Shown here in pieces: positions 51,101 through 62,529 of a stretch of 64,000 nucleotides of DNA. The translations under genes and the position numbers were made by a program. The notes under the pieces are model-generated. The model saw nothing but the letters and a program-made list of their open reading frames with translations. It was not told the origin of the DNA and did not search any database. The DNA is from Heterodontus francisci. Taxonomy: Eukaryota. The stretch is from NCBI RefSeq assembly GCF_036365525.1, contig NC_090405.1:52058308-52122307 (forward strand), written 5' to 3'. Each line of letters begins with the position of its first letter. Within the stretch, counting starts at the first letter, position 1.

Positions 51101-51222
51101 GGCCCGGCCCCCCTCGCCCCGCCGCTGGAGTTCCTGCCCCAAGCCGGGCCCCGCAGGGAGCCGGTGGCCTGAACCCACAGCCGAGCCCGGAGGCTCCAGC
51201 GAGCCGCCACCGAGACCCACAT
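47502..51222 (-). CDS. NGRN: Neugrin (mitochondrial RNA-granule / mitoribosome biogenesis factor); 3 exons, 924 nt, 307 aa
   Basis: Exons 51071-51222, 48808-48918 and 47502-48162 join in frame. Neugrin motif AIKFRRIR...PRSLTSEAMQQIRFLRERFPEEWNVSQLAEGFSVSEDVIRRVLRSKF; Arg-rich N-terminus resembling a mitochondrial presequence. Confidence 0.93.
48808..48918 (-). CDS. NGRN: NGRN exon 2 (111 nt)
   Basis: cag|AEKRKLRAIKFRRIRAELGLSGALPRSLTSEAMQQI|gtaaga. Confidence 0.93.
49360..50817 (-). mobile_element. 5'-truncated Penelope-like retroelement (RT C-terminus, downstream endonuclease region, terminal repeat), frameshifted
   Basis: ORF 50456-50836 IDDCIG...LPFLDFSV...YKPTDSHSYLDYTSSHP..CKDSIPFSQFLHLRRICSDD is a typical PLE RT thumb; RVPLVLTFHP motif follows; the terminus carries a hammerhead motif. 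Confidence 0.88.
49416..49457 (-). ncRNA. Minimal type I hammerhead ribozyme motif (PLE-associated)
   Basis: ccgGUU CUGAUGA A GGGUC-ACA-GACCU GAAAC GUU AAC-u-cgg: intact core, stem II, palindromic ACGU helix III, short stem I. Confidence 0.7.
51071..51222 (-). CDS. NGRN: NGRN exon 1 (152 nt)
   Basis: MWVSVAARWSLRARLWVQ...VVEELEEII|gtcaag, within a CpG-rich region; phase matches exon 2. Confidence 0.85.
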
Positions 51223-51233
51223 GAAGCGCCCAC

Positions 51234-51365
51234 CCGGATCCGGAAACCGCCACAGTCCGGATCCGGAAACCGCCACAGTCCGGATCCGGAAACCGCCACA
51301 GTCCGGATCCGGAAACCGCCACAGTCCGGATCCGGAAACCGCCACAGTCCGGATCCGGAAACCGC
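51234..51365. repeat. 23-bp tandem repeat (CCGGATCCGGAAACCGCCACAGT), 5 full units plus 1 partial
   Basis: Identical units starting at 51234, 51257, 51280, 51303, 51326 and 51349. Confidence 0.97.
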
Positions 51366-53164
51366 TGGAAACCGCCGCAGTCCAGCACCGAGGGAAACAA
51401 CTCGCACCGCACAATTGTTCCGCCTTTCACTGGTTCCTAGTCACAGAAGCACAAATCTGCAGAGACATGAATCAAAGCTCTCCTGACCAATTTATTTTTA
51501 TCCTACAAACTTCCCTCCTCATGGTCTGAAAGTGCTAAATCTGGCTGGGGGTAACGGTTCCCTCCAGAACCTCACCCAAGGAGCCACTTTTCACCAATGT
51601 CAGCAGGCTATCCGACCATGAGGGTTCTCACAGCTAAAACTCATCCTGTTCTTATCCAAGTTCATTAACATGGATTTCCAGCAGGCCACTTTATTCCCAA
51701 CCATGGGCCAATGATAATCCCTCACCCAACTGCTCCCTGGCTGTGATCAGTTAACTCAGCACAGACCAGCAATGAAATCTGGTCAAACACCGTAGTGAAA
51801 CATTAGGTCCTCTTTTTAAAGTTGCAAAAATAAATAAATTTTTTCAGTACATTTTGGAACCATCCTCTCATTGTGAAAACAAATGACTTGCACTTTAATA
51901 ATCTTAAAGGGTTATTGTAGGTCAAATTAGTACCAGTCTTGTTTAAGCCAAAAACTTCAGTGCATTACTGAGTAAATGCTGCACTAGTGCAGGCAACATT
52001 TTTTTGGGATGAAATGTTAAAATATGTGCCTTGTTCCAGAGGTTTAGATATCTTAAAGATCCCTTCCCACTTTTCAAAGTTCTGCAGGTGTCCTGGCCAA
52101 TATTTCCCTCTCAACCAACATTGCCAAAAGCAGTTTAACTGGCCACTTGTCACATTGCTGTCTGGGACCCAACTGAGTACCAAAGTGGCTGCTGCATCTA
52201 CCTACATAACAACAGTGATTTTACACGTCCAAATAATTAATTGGTTTTGAAACGCTTTGGGATAAGATGCTGGTCATGTCTTTTCAATGTTTCCCCTATT
52301 TATACACATGACTACCAGCAGCCAATAAGGAACTTGGTTTTAAGCTCAAAAGGAAAGATTTTACATTTGTATAGCACCTTTCACAGCATCCCAAAGCACT
52401 CTACAGCCAATAAAATAATTTGGTAGTAAAATGGAGGTGATGAGACATGCAACGTACACACAGCAAGATCTCACAAACAGCAATGTAATAATGACCAGAT
52501 AATATGTTTATTTCCCTGATGTTACTTGAGGGCTAACTATCAGCCATGACATTAAAGAGGACTTCCCTGGTCTCTGAAATACTGCTGTGGGATCTTTTAC
52601 ATCCACCTGAGAGGGAAGACAGGGCCTTGGTTTAATATATCATTCGAAAGAAAGCACCTCCAACAGTGCAGCACTCCCTCAGCACTGTACTGGCAGTGTC
52701 AGCCTAGATTTTGTGCTCAATCTCTGGAGCGGCACTTGAGCCCACAACCGGCTAACACCTAAAATATAGCCCACCATTAGTCCACCTCCCTTTCTACCTC
52801 ATTCCTCAATAGACATCATGCATCATGGCCTCCGTTCACAACCTGTCTGACTGTGGAGTAGTGACTGAGCTGGGATAGATTTCCCCTCCCACTCCTTATG
52901 TTGCAAAGGAAGGAAAAGAATGTCATTCAGAGACAGACATTATTCCAGACTCCACATGGCAAATTAAAGGATCTTGTTAAATATACTTTCTTGTGGGGAT
53001 ATGCATGGCCTACAGTTAGTAACTGCCCACAGAAGCATGGATGGTTGTTATGTGGGAGAATCACAGATATGGACTCATGTCCTATGAATCGGTGGTTCTG
53101 CTTTTCTTCAGCATTCCTCAGAACAGCCCTTAACAATTATCAGCGACTGACACAGCCCGACGCG

Positions 53165-53674
53165 GGGACGGATTTTCAAAAGGAAGCGGGGTCAGGAATG
53201 GAAGGAGACGCAATTTGAAAATCGCGGTCCCTGAGTTTGTCCCCGGAACCTGACGCCTCTAGGACAGTCTGTGATTTTTCAATGCGAGGGGGGCTGGGGA
53301 AGGAATGGGGGAACCACTCGCCTCCAATTAAGGAACCATTAAGCTCCTTTAGGAGCTTGTTATGGGACTGGGGTGGGCCCTTTCCATTCTTGTCACAGTG
53401 TTGGCTCTTTAATGAGTTGCCTGCACTTCCCAGCAAGAGAGCAGCAGGTCCCCCACATGGCTGCCGCCTGCCTTAGCTGCTGGCCCCAGGCAGGCAGCTC
53501 CCGCCTCCTGGAGGCACTCGGCGCCTTTAATGAGATGCCAAGCTCACCTCCTGTTCAATTAGGGCATTTGAATTCCAAGACTGCGTTACGAGAGCAGTGC
53601 TGCTGAAGCGTGTGGTCGGGACCCTGAAATGCTCCAGGCATCGAGTTCCCGACCCCAGATCGAAAATCCAGCCC
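53165..53674. mobile_element. GC-rich MITE-like element
   Basis: Imperfect TIRs gggacggattttc...gaaaatccagccc, with subterminal ggggtc/gacccc. Confidence 0.55.
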
Positions 53675-54974
53675 ATGATGTCTACATATTGTTAATGACT
53701 TGGAACAATTGGTTGCTCCTCCCTGCTGAGCTGTTGGCATCACTATGGCCCCAGCCTTCAGCTCACCTTGTTACAATCCAACGTCAAAAGAAACCAGGTT
53801 CCATGGTAAGTCTTTTTAAATGGCTTTCGCCCTGTTGCAAAGGTGCCCACTCTCCACACATGTGGCGCCTCTTCCCAGCACCTCGTCCTTTCATGTATGA
53901 GCTTGAACAATAAGCTACTTAACCGTGAAGGGCATCACAGTCAAACACTACCCCGTGCTCATCAAAATATTCATATTCCAGCAGGGGGGAATCTGTGCAA
54001 AGATCAGAAAAAAGAATCAATTTCTAGCTCTTCCAGAGCCTCTAATGCTGCTCTGGTTGAGATTGGCTACCTCAGTACAGACCAGGGCATTGAACATAGT
54101 GAGCTGTGTTCCACTCTAAGCAAAGTATCTATCAGTCAAGGCAGCAGAGGAGTCCCAATCGTCTACAACCTCTGTCTGCGTATGCAAAACCTGACCAAAT
54201 GCCATCCATGCTGGGGAGATGGTGTAGCTGTTCAGTTAATCAGGCAGAAAAAAACAGATGAATAAACAACATTCATATACACAGAATCATTTCATCATTG
54301 AGTCATTACAGGTATCAAAAACAAAATGAGAGAATATCACATGATAACCCATATGTGCAGTGAAGGTGCTTTCAATAATTTATTAATAGAGTTTTGCTGT
54401 GCAAACTACTCTCACAGATAATTCAAGAAAGTAAATTTACTTTAACAAACGTGTTACAACATCCCCTGATTGATGGCAATTCCCAAATTCCTGGGCCCAA
54501 TGATGCAATTACAGGTTAGAGTGGAAAGGGGCCCATTGATCTGTTGCAGCGTTGTCCTGCTGAAGCTCCTACACACTTTCAAAACGGTTGCCAAGAACCT
54601 TACTAATGGTCATTCTGCATTGCAGCACAGTTATGTATGAGTGCAGTGTTTCCAGAAATTGACACTGTTTCAGCATCTCTAATCCCAGTTAATAGCTGTT
54701 TTGTTTTAACAAGCCACTGGGTTTGTTTTTTTGGTCGTTTCTGTTTTGGTTCTGAGGTGTTGAGTTATGAATGTTGTCTCACTTTCTACATCCAGTGGCA
54801 GCAACAAGTACTCTCAGATGAGTACAGCATGGCAGGAGTCAATTGAGTGATTTGTTTGCAAATTCTGCTATTTGCAGAAGCCTTTTCTTTTTTAAAAAAA
54901 TGCTTGTGCCTCAAGTGGGAAAGGTATAGAATGCAATCTTTAAATCTTCAATATAACTGAGCATTACTGGATAG

Positions 54975-55300
54975 TCAGAAGCTTTTTCCCAGGGTGGAAG
55001 AGTCAGTTACTAGGGGACATAGGTTTAAGGTGAGAGGGGCAAAGTTTAGAGGGGATGTGCGAGGCAAGTTCTTTACACAGAGGGTGGTGAGTGCCTGGAA
55101 CTTGCTGCCAGGGGAGGTGGTGGAAGCAGGTACACAAGCGACATTTAAGAGGCATCTTGACAAATACATGAATAGGATGGGAATAGAGGGATACGGTCCC
55201 CGGAAGTGCAGAAGGTTTTAGTTTAGGCAGGCATCAAGATCGGCGCAGGCTTGGAGGGCTGAATGACCTGTTCCTGTGCTGTACTGTTCTTTGTTCTTTG
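54975..55300 (+). mobile_element. CR1 LINE 3' fragment
   Basis: TRGHRFKVRGAKFRGDVRGKFFTQRVVSAWNLLPGEVVEAG. Confidence 0.85.
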
Positions 55301-55609
55301 TATTAAAACTTCTGCAGGATTCATGAGTTTTGAGTGCTGCTAATGCTAGTTTCTCTGTGCTTTGCCCAATAGTATGTTTCAACTTCAACTCAATATTGCA
55401 TCTTCCACTCCATGAGTGTGGGTTTCTCAATTTCCCACAATCTTGTGATTGCTTTAAGGTGATCCCATGTAACAGAGCTCTGCACCTACTCAGAAACTGG
55501 GTTGAAGCTATCCACATTCATTATCTACATACGGTTGTAATAAGCTGAAGAGAAAGGTGACTTTCATTCATCTCGGGCTGGTTGCCTCAGCTGATCTGCT
55601 GCTGAAACC

Positions 55610-56175
55610 CTCATCCCAGCCTTTGCTACCTCTAGACTCAACTAATCCAATGCACTCCTGGCCGTCCTCCCACCTTCCACCCTCTGTAACCTGAGCTTAT
55701 TCGAAGCTCTACTGCCCGTATCCTAACATGCACCATCCTGTTCACCCAGTACTCCTGTGCTTGCTGACCCACATTGGCTCCTGGTCTGGCAACACCTCGT
55801 TTTTAAAATTCTCATCCTCATTTTCAAATCCTTCCATGGCCTCGCCTCTCCCTTTCTCTGTAACCTCCTCCAGCACAACAACCGACATCTCTGTGCTTCT
55901 CCAATTCTGGCCTCTTGTACGTTCCTGATTTTCATCATTCCACCATTGGTGGCCGTGCGTTCAGCTGTCAAAGCCCGAAAGCTTTGGAATTCCCTCTCCG
56001 CATCTCAGCCTCTCTTACCTCAATTAAGACACTCCTTAATACCTACCTCTTTGGCCAAGCTTTTGGCCACCTGTCCTAATATCTTCTTATGTGGCTCGGT
56101 GTCAAATTGTGTTACAAAATGCTCTTGAGATGCTTTACTACAGAAAAAGGGGCTATATAAATGCAAGTTGTTGTA
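55610..56175 (+). mobile_element. L2-type LINE 3' fragment
   Basis: LADPHWLLV...FKILILIFKSFHGLASP...KLWNSL, ending in the ctatataaatgcaagttgttg tail. Confidence 0.75.
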
Positions 56176-56213
56176 GTTTATGTAAACCCAAGGACCAGGG
56201 TGAAAGGACAGCA

Positions 56214-57316
56214 TGTTAAGCCACTACACTCCCGCCCCTAATCTGCAGAATGGGTGAAATAAGAAAATAAAGTTGCAACATTTTTTCAATCAGGTCCTCC
56301 ACTACCCAGATTATGGTTCTTCAGTCAAGGACTTGACCTGACTCACCTCCCATCAAGAATGGAGAAACAAACTATGGACAATTTCAAGGAAGTGTTTTTT
56401 TTTAAGTTAAAGGGGGTCTGTGTGCCTTTAAGACTGAGAAGGGTTTTTCTCTCTGGGATCATGAACTAGTTACAGTGAGTGCGAGCTGCAAGCCTGTTCC
56501 TAAGCAACAGCAAGAGAGAGCGGTCCCATGCCATATTGTAACAGTTTGACTGTGTGTAAAGACTGACTAGAACTGGTTTGATGTGGCAGAACAGTGAAGC
56601 ATGCTCTCACTGAAGGATTTGTCTCTCTCAGCAGAAAATCTACATTGGCCTACACGTTGTGTTTCACCTAAAGCGGAAAAGACCCCTGGAAAGGAACCTT
56701 TGCATTGTTGGAGGTAGCAAAGTCCTTCTCCTTCCAGTCTCCATCTCAGGAGTGACTTTCTACTGCTAATTCAAAATCCAAATAGACCTGTTGCTATACT
56801 CCTTGTTGAAAGAACTGTGTGATGTCTGCTGCAGCCGATGTGCCATGAATGCCTAGTCATTACAGACTGTTCATCAGACTCGCCTGGAAACTTTGAGTGG
56901 CATCTGACTGTTCAACTCTGGGATACCTCACCAACCAGAATGTAACCCACCAAGATTTACAACCCAGTATTTTATTATTCCTAAGAAACAGCTCTAATTT
57001 AAAACATCATTTTTAAAACCAGTTAACAGTTGGTTTTTGAATGTATGTGTGTGTACATGAGGGTTAGGAGGAATAAGAGGTTATGGAGTCTTTTCAAACA
57101 TAGATTTATCTCAATATTGTTTAAGATTTATTTTATTGATAAATAGTTAATTTGTTGTTGTTTAAAGATACCTGGTTTGGTGTGTTTTATTCTTGGGGTT
57201 AATAAAGTGTTTAATTTGGCTAATTTCCAGTAGGTGGGAAACATTAATAATATGCTGTGACCTGTGGAGTAATGGGACTGAATTGACAGTGCATTACTCC
57301 CGCTTCAGTTGTAACA
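56214..57316 (+). mobile_element. Possible solo LTR
   Basis: TGTTA...TAACA ends, AT-rich 3' part with AATAAA; no TSD found. Confidence 0.4.
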
Positions 57317-58567
57317 CTAAGCAAAAGTGCAAGGCAGTCTGAGACACCGAGGCAGAAGAGAAAAAGTGTCAGCAATCCATAAAAGGGACAGAGAGAAAAT
57401 CAAAGCTAAAGGGTGCGTAGAAGAATAAAACAAAGCAAATGGAGAAACAGAGTAAGACTAAAAGTAGGACATCCTGCTTTTTCCTGCACACTGCATTTTT
57501 CCTGCACTACTTTGGTGATTTAGATTTCTGTTTAATTTAACCCAAGCGAAAGGGTAAAAACACCAAACTTGGGTTTTTAATGTAAAAAGGGAAGACCAAC
57601 AGAGGTAAGAGTTGTAAAGTTTTGAGGCCCTGGGAAAGAATGGATGGCAGTTAGGAGAAGACCGTCAGAGGAGTGAGTTTTCAGTGGCAAGGAACAGCTG
57701 TGGAACTTGAGGAGGAACACAACAACAACTTTTTTATATAGCACCTTTAATGTAATAAAACTGTCCCAAAGCACTTCACAGGAGAGTTAGAAAGCAAAAT
57801 ATTTGCTACCAGAGGGCAAGTTCAGAACAGCAATATCTACAGGAATAGGAGGAGGCCTTTCAGCCCCTCGAGCCTTTTCCACCTTTCAGTTAAATCATGG
57901 CTGATCATAACTCCATCCAGCCACCTTAGATCCATAACCCTTAAACCCTTGCCTCACAAAAAGTCGAAAGCAGTATCGATGGATGCATACTCAAATCAAA
58001 AAATATTATATTTAATCATTTTAATACTGGTCTGGGCAAATGTATGCTGGGGCCAGTTCGAGCAACTGCCAAGATCAGCCAACTTAATATAGGCAAGAAT
58101 AAAACCGCAACCTTTCAGTCTTTTAATGGTTTTGATGTTACATTGATGACAATAAAACCTCAGGGACAGAAAGAGGCAGCTGGATCTATGCAACATCTTG
58201 CTACAACCCTTCAAAAATTTTAGCTACCACAGGAGGAATACAAGTATTCCCATAAGAAGAAATAATTTAGTTACACAATATTTAAAAAAAACATATCATT
58301 TTCATTTATTTGCTTATTTTGTGCAATGTTTGGAAAAGGGTCTGTGGACTATCATCAACCCATAGACAAACTGTCCATCTTCCTTGTCCGCTGTGGCATC
58401 TGTTCAGACCCAGTGCAGTATTTTCGGATAGCCTTCTGCCAACATGAAATGCATTCGTCTCTCTTCTCAGTTCATGCTCAGGTTCCTTTTATTTTTCCTC
58501 CCCTCATTCCACCCTGAGGAGAGGGAACTTTAAAGGCACAAACTTCACCGGGTAGCGAAAAAGTTCT

Positions 58568-58627
58568 TCAACCTGAAGACACGGAAAGGGAATCCAGCAA
58601 TCCGCTCCTTGAAATCAGTTCAGCCGT
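58568..58627 (-). other. Candidate terminal exon of an unidentified upstream gene
   Basis: Acceptor ttcttccttgttag, frame TAELISRSGLLDSLSVSSG*, AATAAA at 58305-58310; protein not recognised. Confidence 0.3.
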
Positions 58628-59103
58628 CTAACAAGGAAGAATTGGTGACATTTGTTACTAATCAAAATTTAACTTTTATTTTCTGTACAGTTTTTTTTTT
58701 CTCTACTGCTCTGCTGAAAGCACTGACTAACTGGGGTAATATTCCATGGGCACCAACCCAAGTTGCCATTTTGATAGTTGGCAGGATTGGGCTTGCCTTT
58801 GATGCCCTTGCAGTCAAATAGCCCAGTGCCACACACTATTTAGGCTTATATTTAAAGAATAGACAAGGTTACAATGGAACCGTCCCTCAGTAAAAAGTGG
58901 AGCCTTTGGTGGAGGAGTGAAAATTGGAGGAGGAACAAAAAGGGCAGGATTTTCCCTGCAGGCTTCTGAACCCAGCTGTCAGGCTCAAATGCGATACAAA
59001 AGCCCACACCGTGTGTGAAACACTCACTCGAGGTTGCATTTTGTAGTCCCACTACCGGCAAAATGCACAGTTGCCTCCCACCAACGACCCTCCCCCCCTC
59101 AAC

Positions 59104-60590
59104 CATCCATGTAGACACTGAATGCGGAGTTGACCCCTCCCCGCACATATACACTGAATGCAGAGTTGACCCCTCCCCCCACGTAGACACCGAATGCAGA
59201 GTTGACCTCTCCCCCCACGTGGACACTGAATGCAGAGTTGACCCCTCTCCCCACGTGGACACTGAATGCAGAGTTGACCCCTCCCCCCACATCTACACTG
59301 AATGCAGAGTTGACCCCTCCCCCCACGTAGACACTGAATGCAGAGTTGACCCCTCCCCCCACGTATACACTGAATGCAGAGTTGACCACTCCCCCCACGT
59401 ATACACTGAATGCAGAGTTGACCCCTCTCCCCACGTGGACACTGAATGCAGAGTTGACCCCTCCCCCCACATCTACACTGAATGCAGAGTTGACCCCTCC
59501 CCCATGTAGACACAATGCAGAGTTGAACCCTCCCCCCACGTATACACCGAATGCAGAGTTGACCCCTCCCCCCACGTATACACCGAATGCAGAGTTGACC
59601 CCTCCCCCCACGTCTACACCGAATGCAGAGTTGACCCTTCCCCCATGGAGACACCGAATGCAGAGTTGACCCCTCCCCCATGTAGACACTGAATGCAGAG
59701 TTGAACCCTCCTCCCATGTAGACACCGAATACAGAGTTGACCCCTCCCCCACGTATACACCGAATGCAGAGTTGACCCCTCCCCCCACGTCTGCACCGAA
59801 TACAGAGTTGACCCCTCCCCCCACGTATGCACCGAATACAGAGTTGACCCCTCCCCCCACGTCTACACCGAATGCAGAGTTGACCCTTCCCACATGTAGA
59901 CACTGAATGCAGAGGACCCTTCCCCCATGTAGACACTGAATGCAGTTAATCCCTCCCCCCATGTAGACACCGAATGCAGAGTTGACCCCTCCCCCCACGT
60001 CTACACTGAATGCAGAGTTGACCCTTCCCCCATGGAGACACTGAATGCAGAGTTGACCCCTCCCCCACGTCTACACTGAATGCAGAGTTGACCCCTCCCC
60101 CACGTCTACACTGAATGCAGAGTTGACCCCTCCCCCATGGAGACACTGAATGCAGAGTTGACCCCTCCCTCATGTAGACACTGAATGCAGAGTTGACCCC
60201 TCCCCCAAATAGACACTGAATGCAGAGTTGACCCCTCCCTCATGTAGACACTGAATGCAGAGTTGACCCCTCCCCCAAATAGACACTGAATGCAGAGTTG
60301 ACCCCTCCCTCATGTAGACACTGAATGCAGAGTTGACCCCTCCCCCCACATCTACACTGAATGCAGAGTTGACCCCTCCCCCATGGAGACACTGAATGCA
60401 GAGTTGACCCCTCCCCCACGTCTACACTGAATGCAGAGTTGACCCCTCCCCCACGTCTACACTGAATGCAGAGTTGACCCCTCCCCCATGTAGACACTGA
60501 ATGCAGAGTTGACCCTTCCCTCATGTAGACACTGAATGCAGAGTTGACCCCTCCCCCAAATAGACACTGAATGCAGAGTTGACCCCTTCC
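59104..60590. repeat. 35-36-bp minisatellite (CACTGAATGCAGAGTTGACCCCTCCCCCCACGTAGA), roughly 40 units
   Basis: Tandem array visible directly. Confidence 0.97.
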
Positions 60591-60789
60591 AGCATACCCT
60601 CCCACCTATACACAAAATGTAGCAATGATCCCTTCCCCTTCTCGGTGGTGCCAGCTTCTTCTAGACGGGAAAGCGAAGGCGTACGAGTGCCACACATCGT
60701 TCTGAAGATTGGGAATGGATGTGAAGATCGCAGCACATGACATGGTAATGTATGCAGAGAGGTATTTTAAATATTCCAACTAGAGTCGC

Positions 60790-61560
60790 AGAACAGCGGA
60801 GGGTCCGCCACGGAACTGCCCCACCACTGGGAAGATCGGGCCCAGCACTCCCACCATTGGGTTCCGTGGTGGCTGCTGCTGCTCCAATTCTCTGGCCCCC
60901 CACCACCCCACTCCACCCCACCATGGAATCCAACGTCGGGCCAAGCACAAGATTCGGCGCTCAATGTCCTTAATGTGATTTTCCCTGGAGTAGCCAATTA
61001 ACGGTCAGAGGGCAGGCTCGCGTCTAATTAAGGATGGCGGGTAGACTCTTGAAGTCAGAGGGCCAATCAGAGGCCTTCCACATTGAAAGCAGCAGCAGGA
61101 TGCAATGGAAGGTAAGTGAGGGAGAGGATTCTTCAAAATGGAGGCACCCTCTTTCCAACGTTTTTAAAAGTTTAAATAAAAAATGGCTTTTGCAGCCTGG
61201 CCATTACAGTTGGGCGGCAGGCTCCCTGTAGGGTGGTCTGCGCTGCTGCTGCGCCCAGGCAAGCAGAGGCGGCCTCTAAGCCAGCCTAGAGCATTGGCCT
61301 CCCGGTCTGCCACCGGGTGGCTGCCTCCAGGCAACTGAACTGGTCCCCGGCGCCACCAGGAGCCGAGTCGGCCTCCATTAACAGGTCTTAATAGGCCTTT
61401 AATTAGCTACCCACCATGGCCCCCCTCCCCCTATCCTGCCTCCAAGAAAATGGCCTGGAAGCTGGATGGAACCAGGAATCCGGCATGCAGACCAGCGGTG
61501 CTAACTTTAGTGCCCGGCCACCTCCGATCCCAGCCTCGGCAGGGCATAAAAATCTAGCCC
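60790..61560. mobile_element. GC-rich MITE-like remnant(s)
   Basis: Ends in aaaatctagccc like the 53.2-53.7 kb element; shares aattaagg and ttaattag motifs. Confidence 0.45.
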
Positions 61561-62529
61561 AAAGACATGCATTTATATAGCACTTTTCATAATTTCAAGA
61601 CTTCCCACAGCGTATTACAGCCATAGAAGTACTTTTTGTAGTGTATTCTCTGTTGTAATTTAGGAAACGCTGCAGCCAATTTGCACACAGCAAGCTCCCA
61701 CAAACAGCAATGAGATAATATTTTAGTGATATTGATTGAGGGATAAGCATTGGCCAGGGCACCGGGGAAAACTCCCCTGCTCTTCTTTGAAATAGTGCCA
61801 TGGGATCTTTTACATCCACCTGAGATGGCAGACGGGACCTTGGTTTAATTTTCCCCCCTGAAAGACGGCACATCTGACAATGCAGCAGTCCCTCAGTACT
61901 GCACTGCAAATGTCAGACTAGATTTATGTGCTCAAGACTTTAAACTGATAAGAGAAGCAGCCCTGCAATTTAGAATTATCATCATTTGTTTACACAATCC
62001 AGAAACATAAAGACTGCAGTTTGAGGAGGATCAGGCTTAGATGTACCAGCTCGAGCGAACTGCTGAGTTCGAGGTGACTTGAAAGGCAGAGAGTACTTTT
62101 GCATGGAGAGAAAAAGAAAGGCAATGGGGTAGAATTCCCACTTGGCCACAGATAAACAGCGTAAAGTTAGGAAGTCCGTAGGAGTGAGGTTTATGACTGA
62201 AATAGTGAGACAAATAAACATGAAAGATGACAGGCAGGAAAAGACCTACTGATCCATGCAGCCTGTCCCATATAATTGCAATGCCTTGTGTATCATGATA
62301 CTGAAATTCTACACCCTACCTGGAAACCATGTCATCTTCTGGGCAAGTTGAAGAAAAGAGATAAAAACACTGGCCAATTTGGTGCAGGGGTTTGGAGGAG
62401 GGCGGGGTGAGATCTGGGAAAATCCTCTCCCTCTCCAACCCCCTTAGGCAACTGAAACTAGCCAGTAGACCACTCTGGCCCCAATTAATGCTGTACGCTA
62501 CCTACCTCTTGTACAAGGTGATCTCCACC

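Noticed and set aside
58619-58627. GGC-TGA as a possible selenoprotein C-terminus (SELENOS/K-like)
   Set aside because: No GGUG-stop context and no recognisable SECIS.
59104-60590. CRISPR-like repeat array
   Set aside because: Units are contiguous tandem repeats without unique spacers; eukaryotic context, no cas genes.
58852-60605. ORFs up to ~300 aa with Cys/Gly-rich repeats
   Set aside because: Minisatellite translation open in several frames on both strands.
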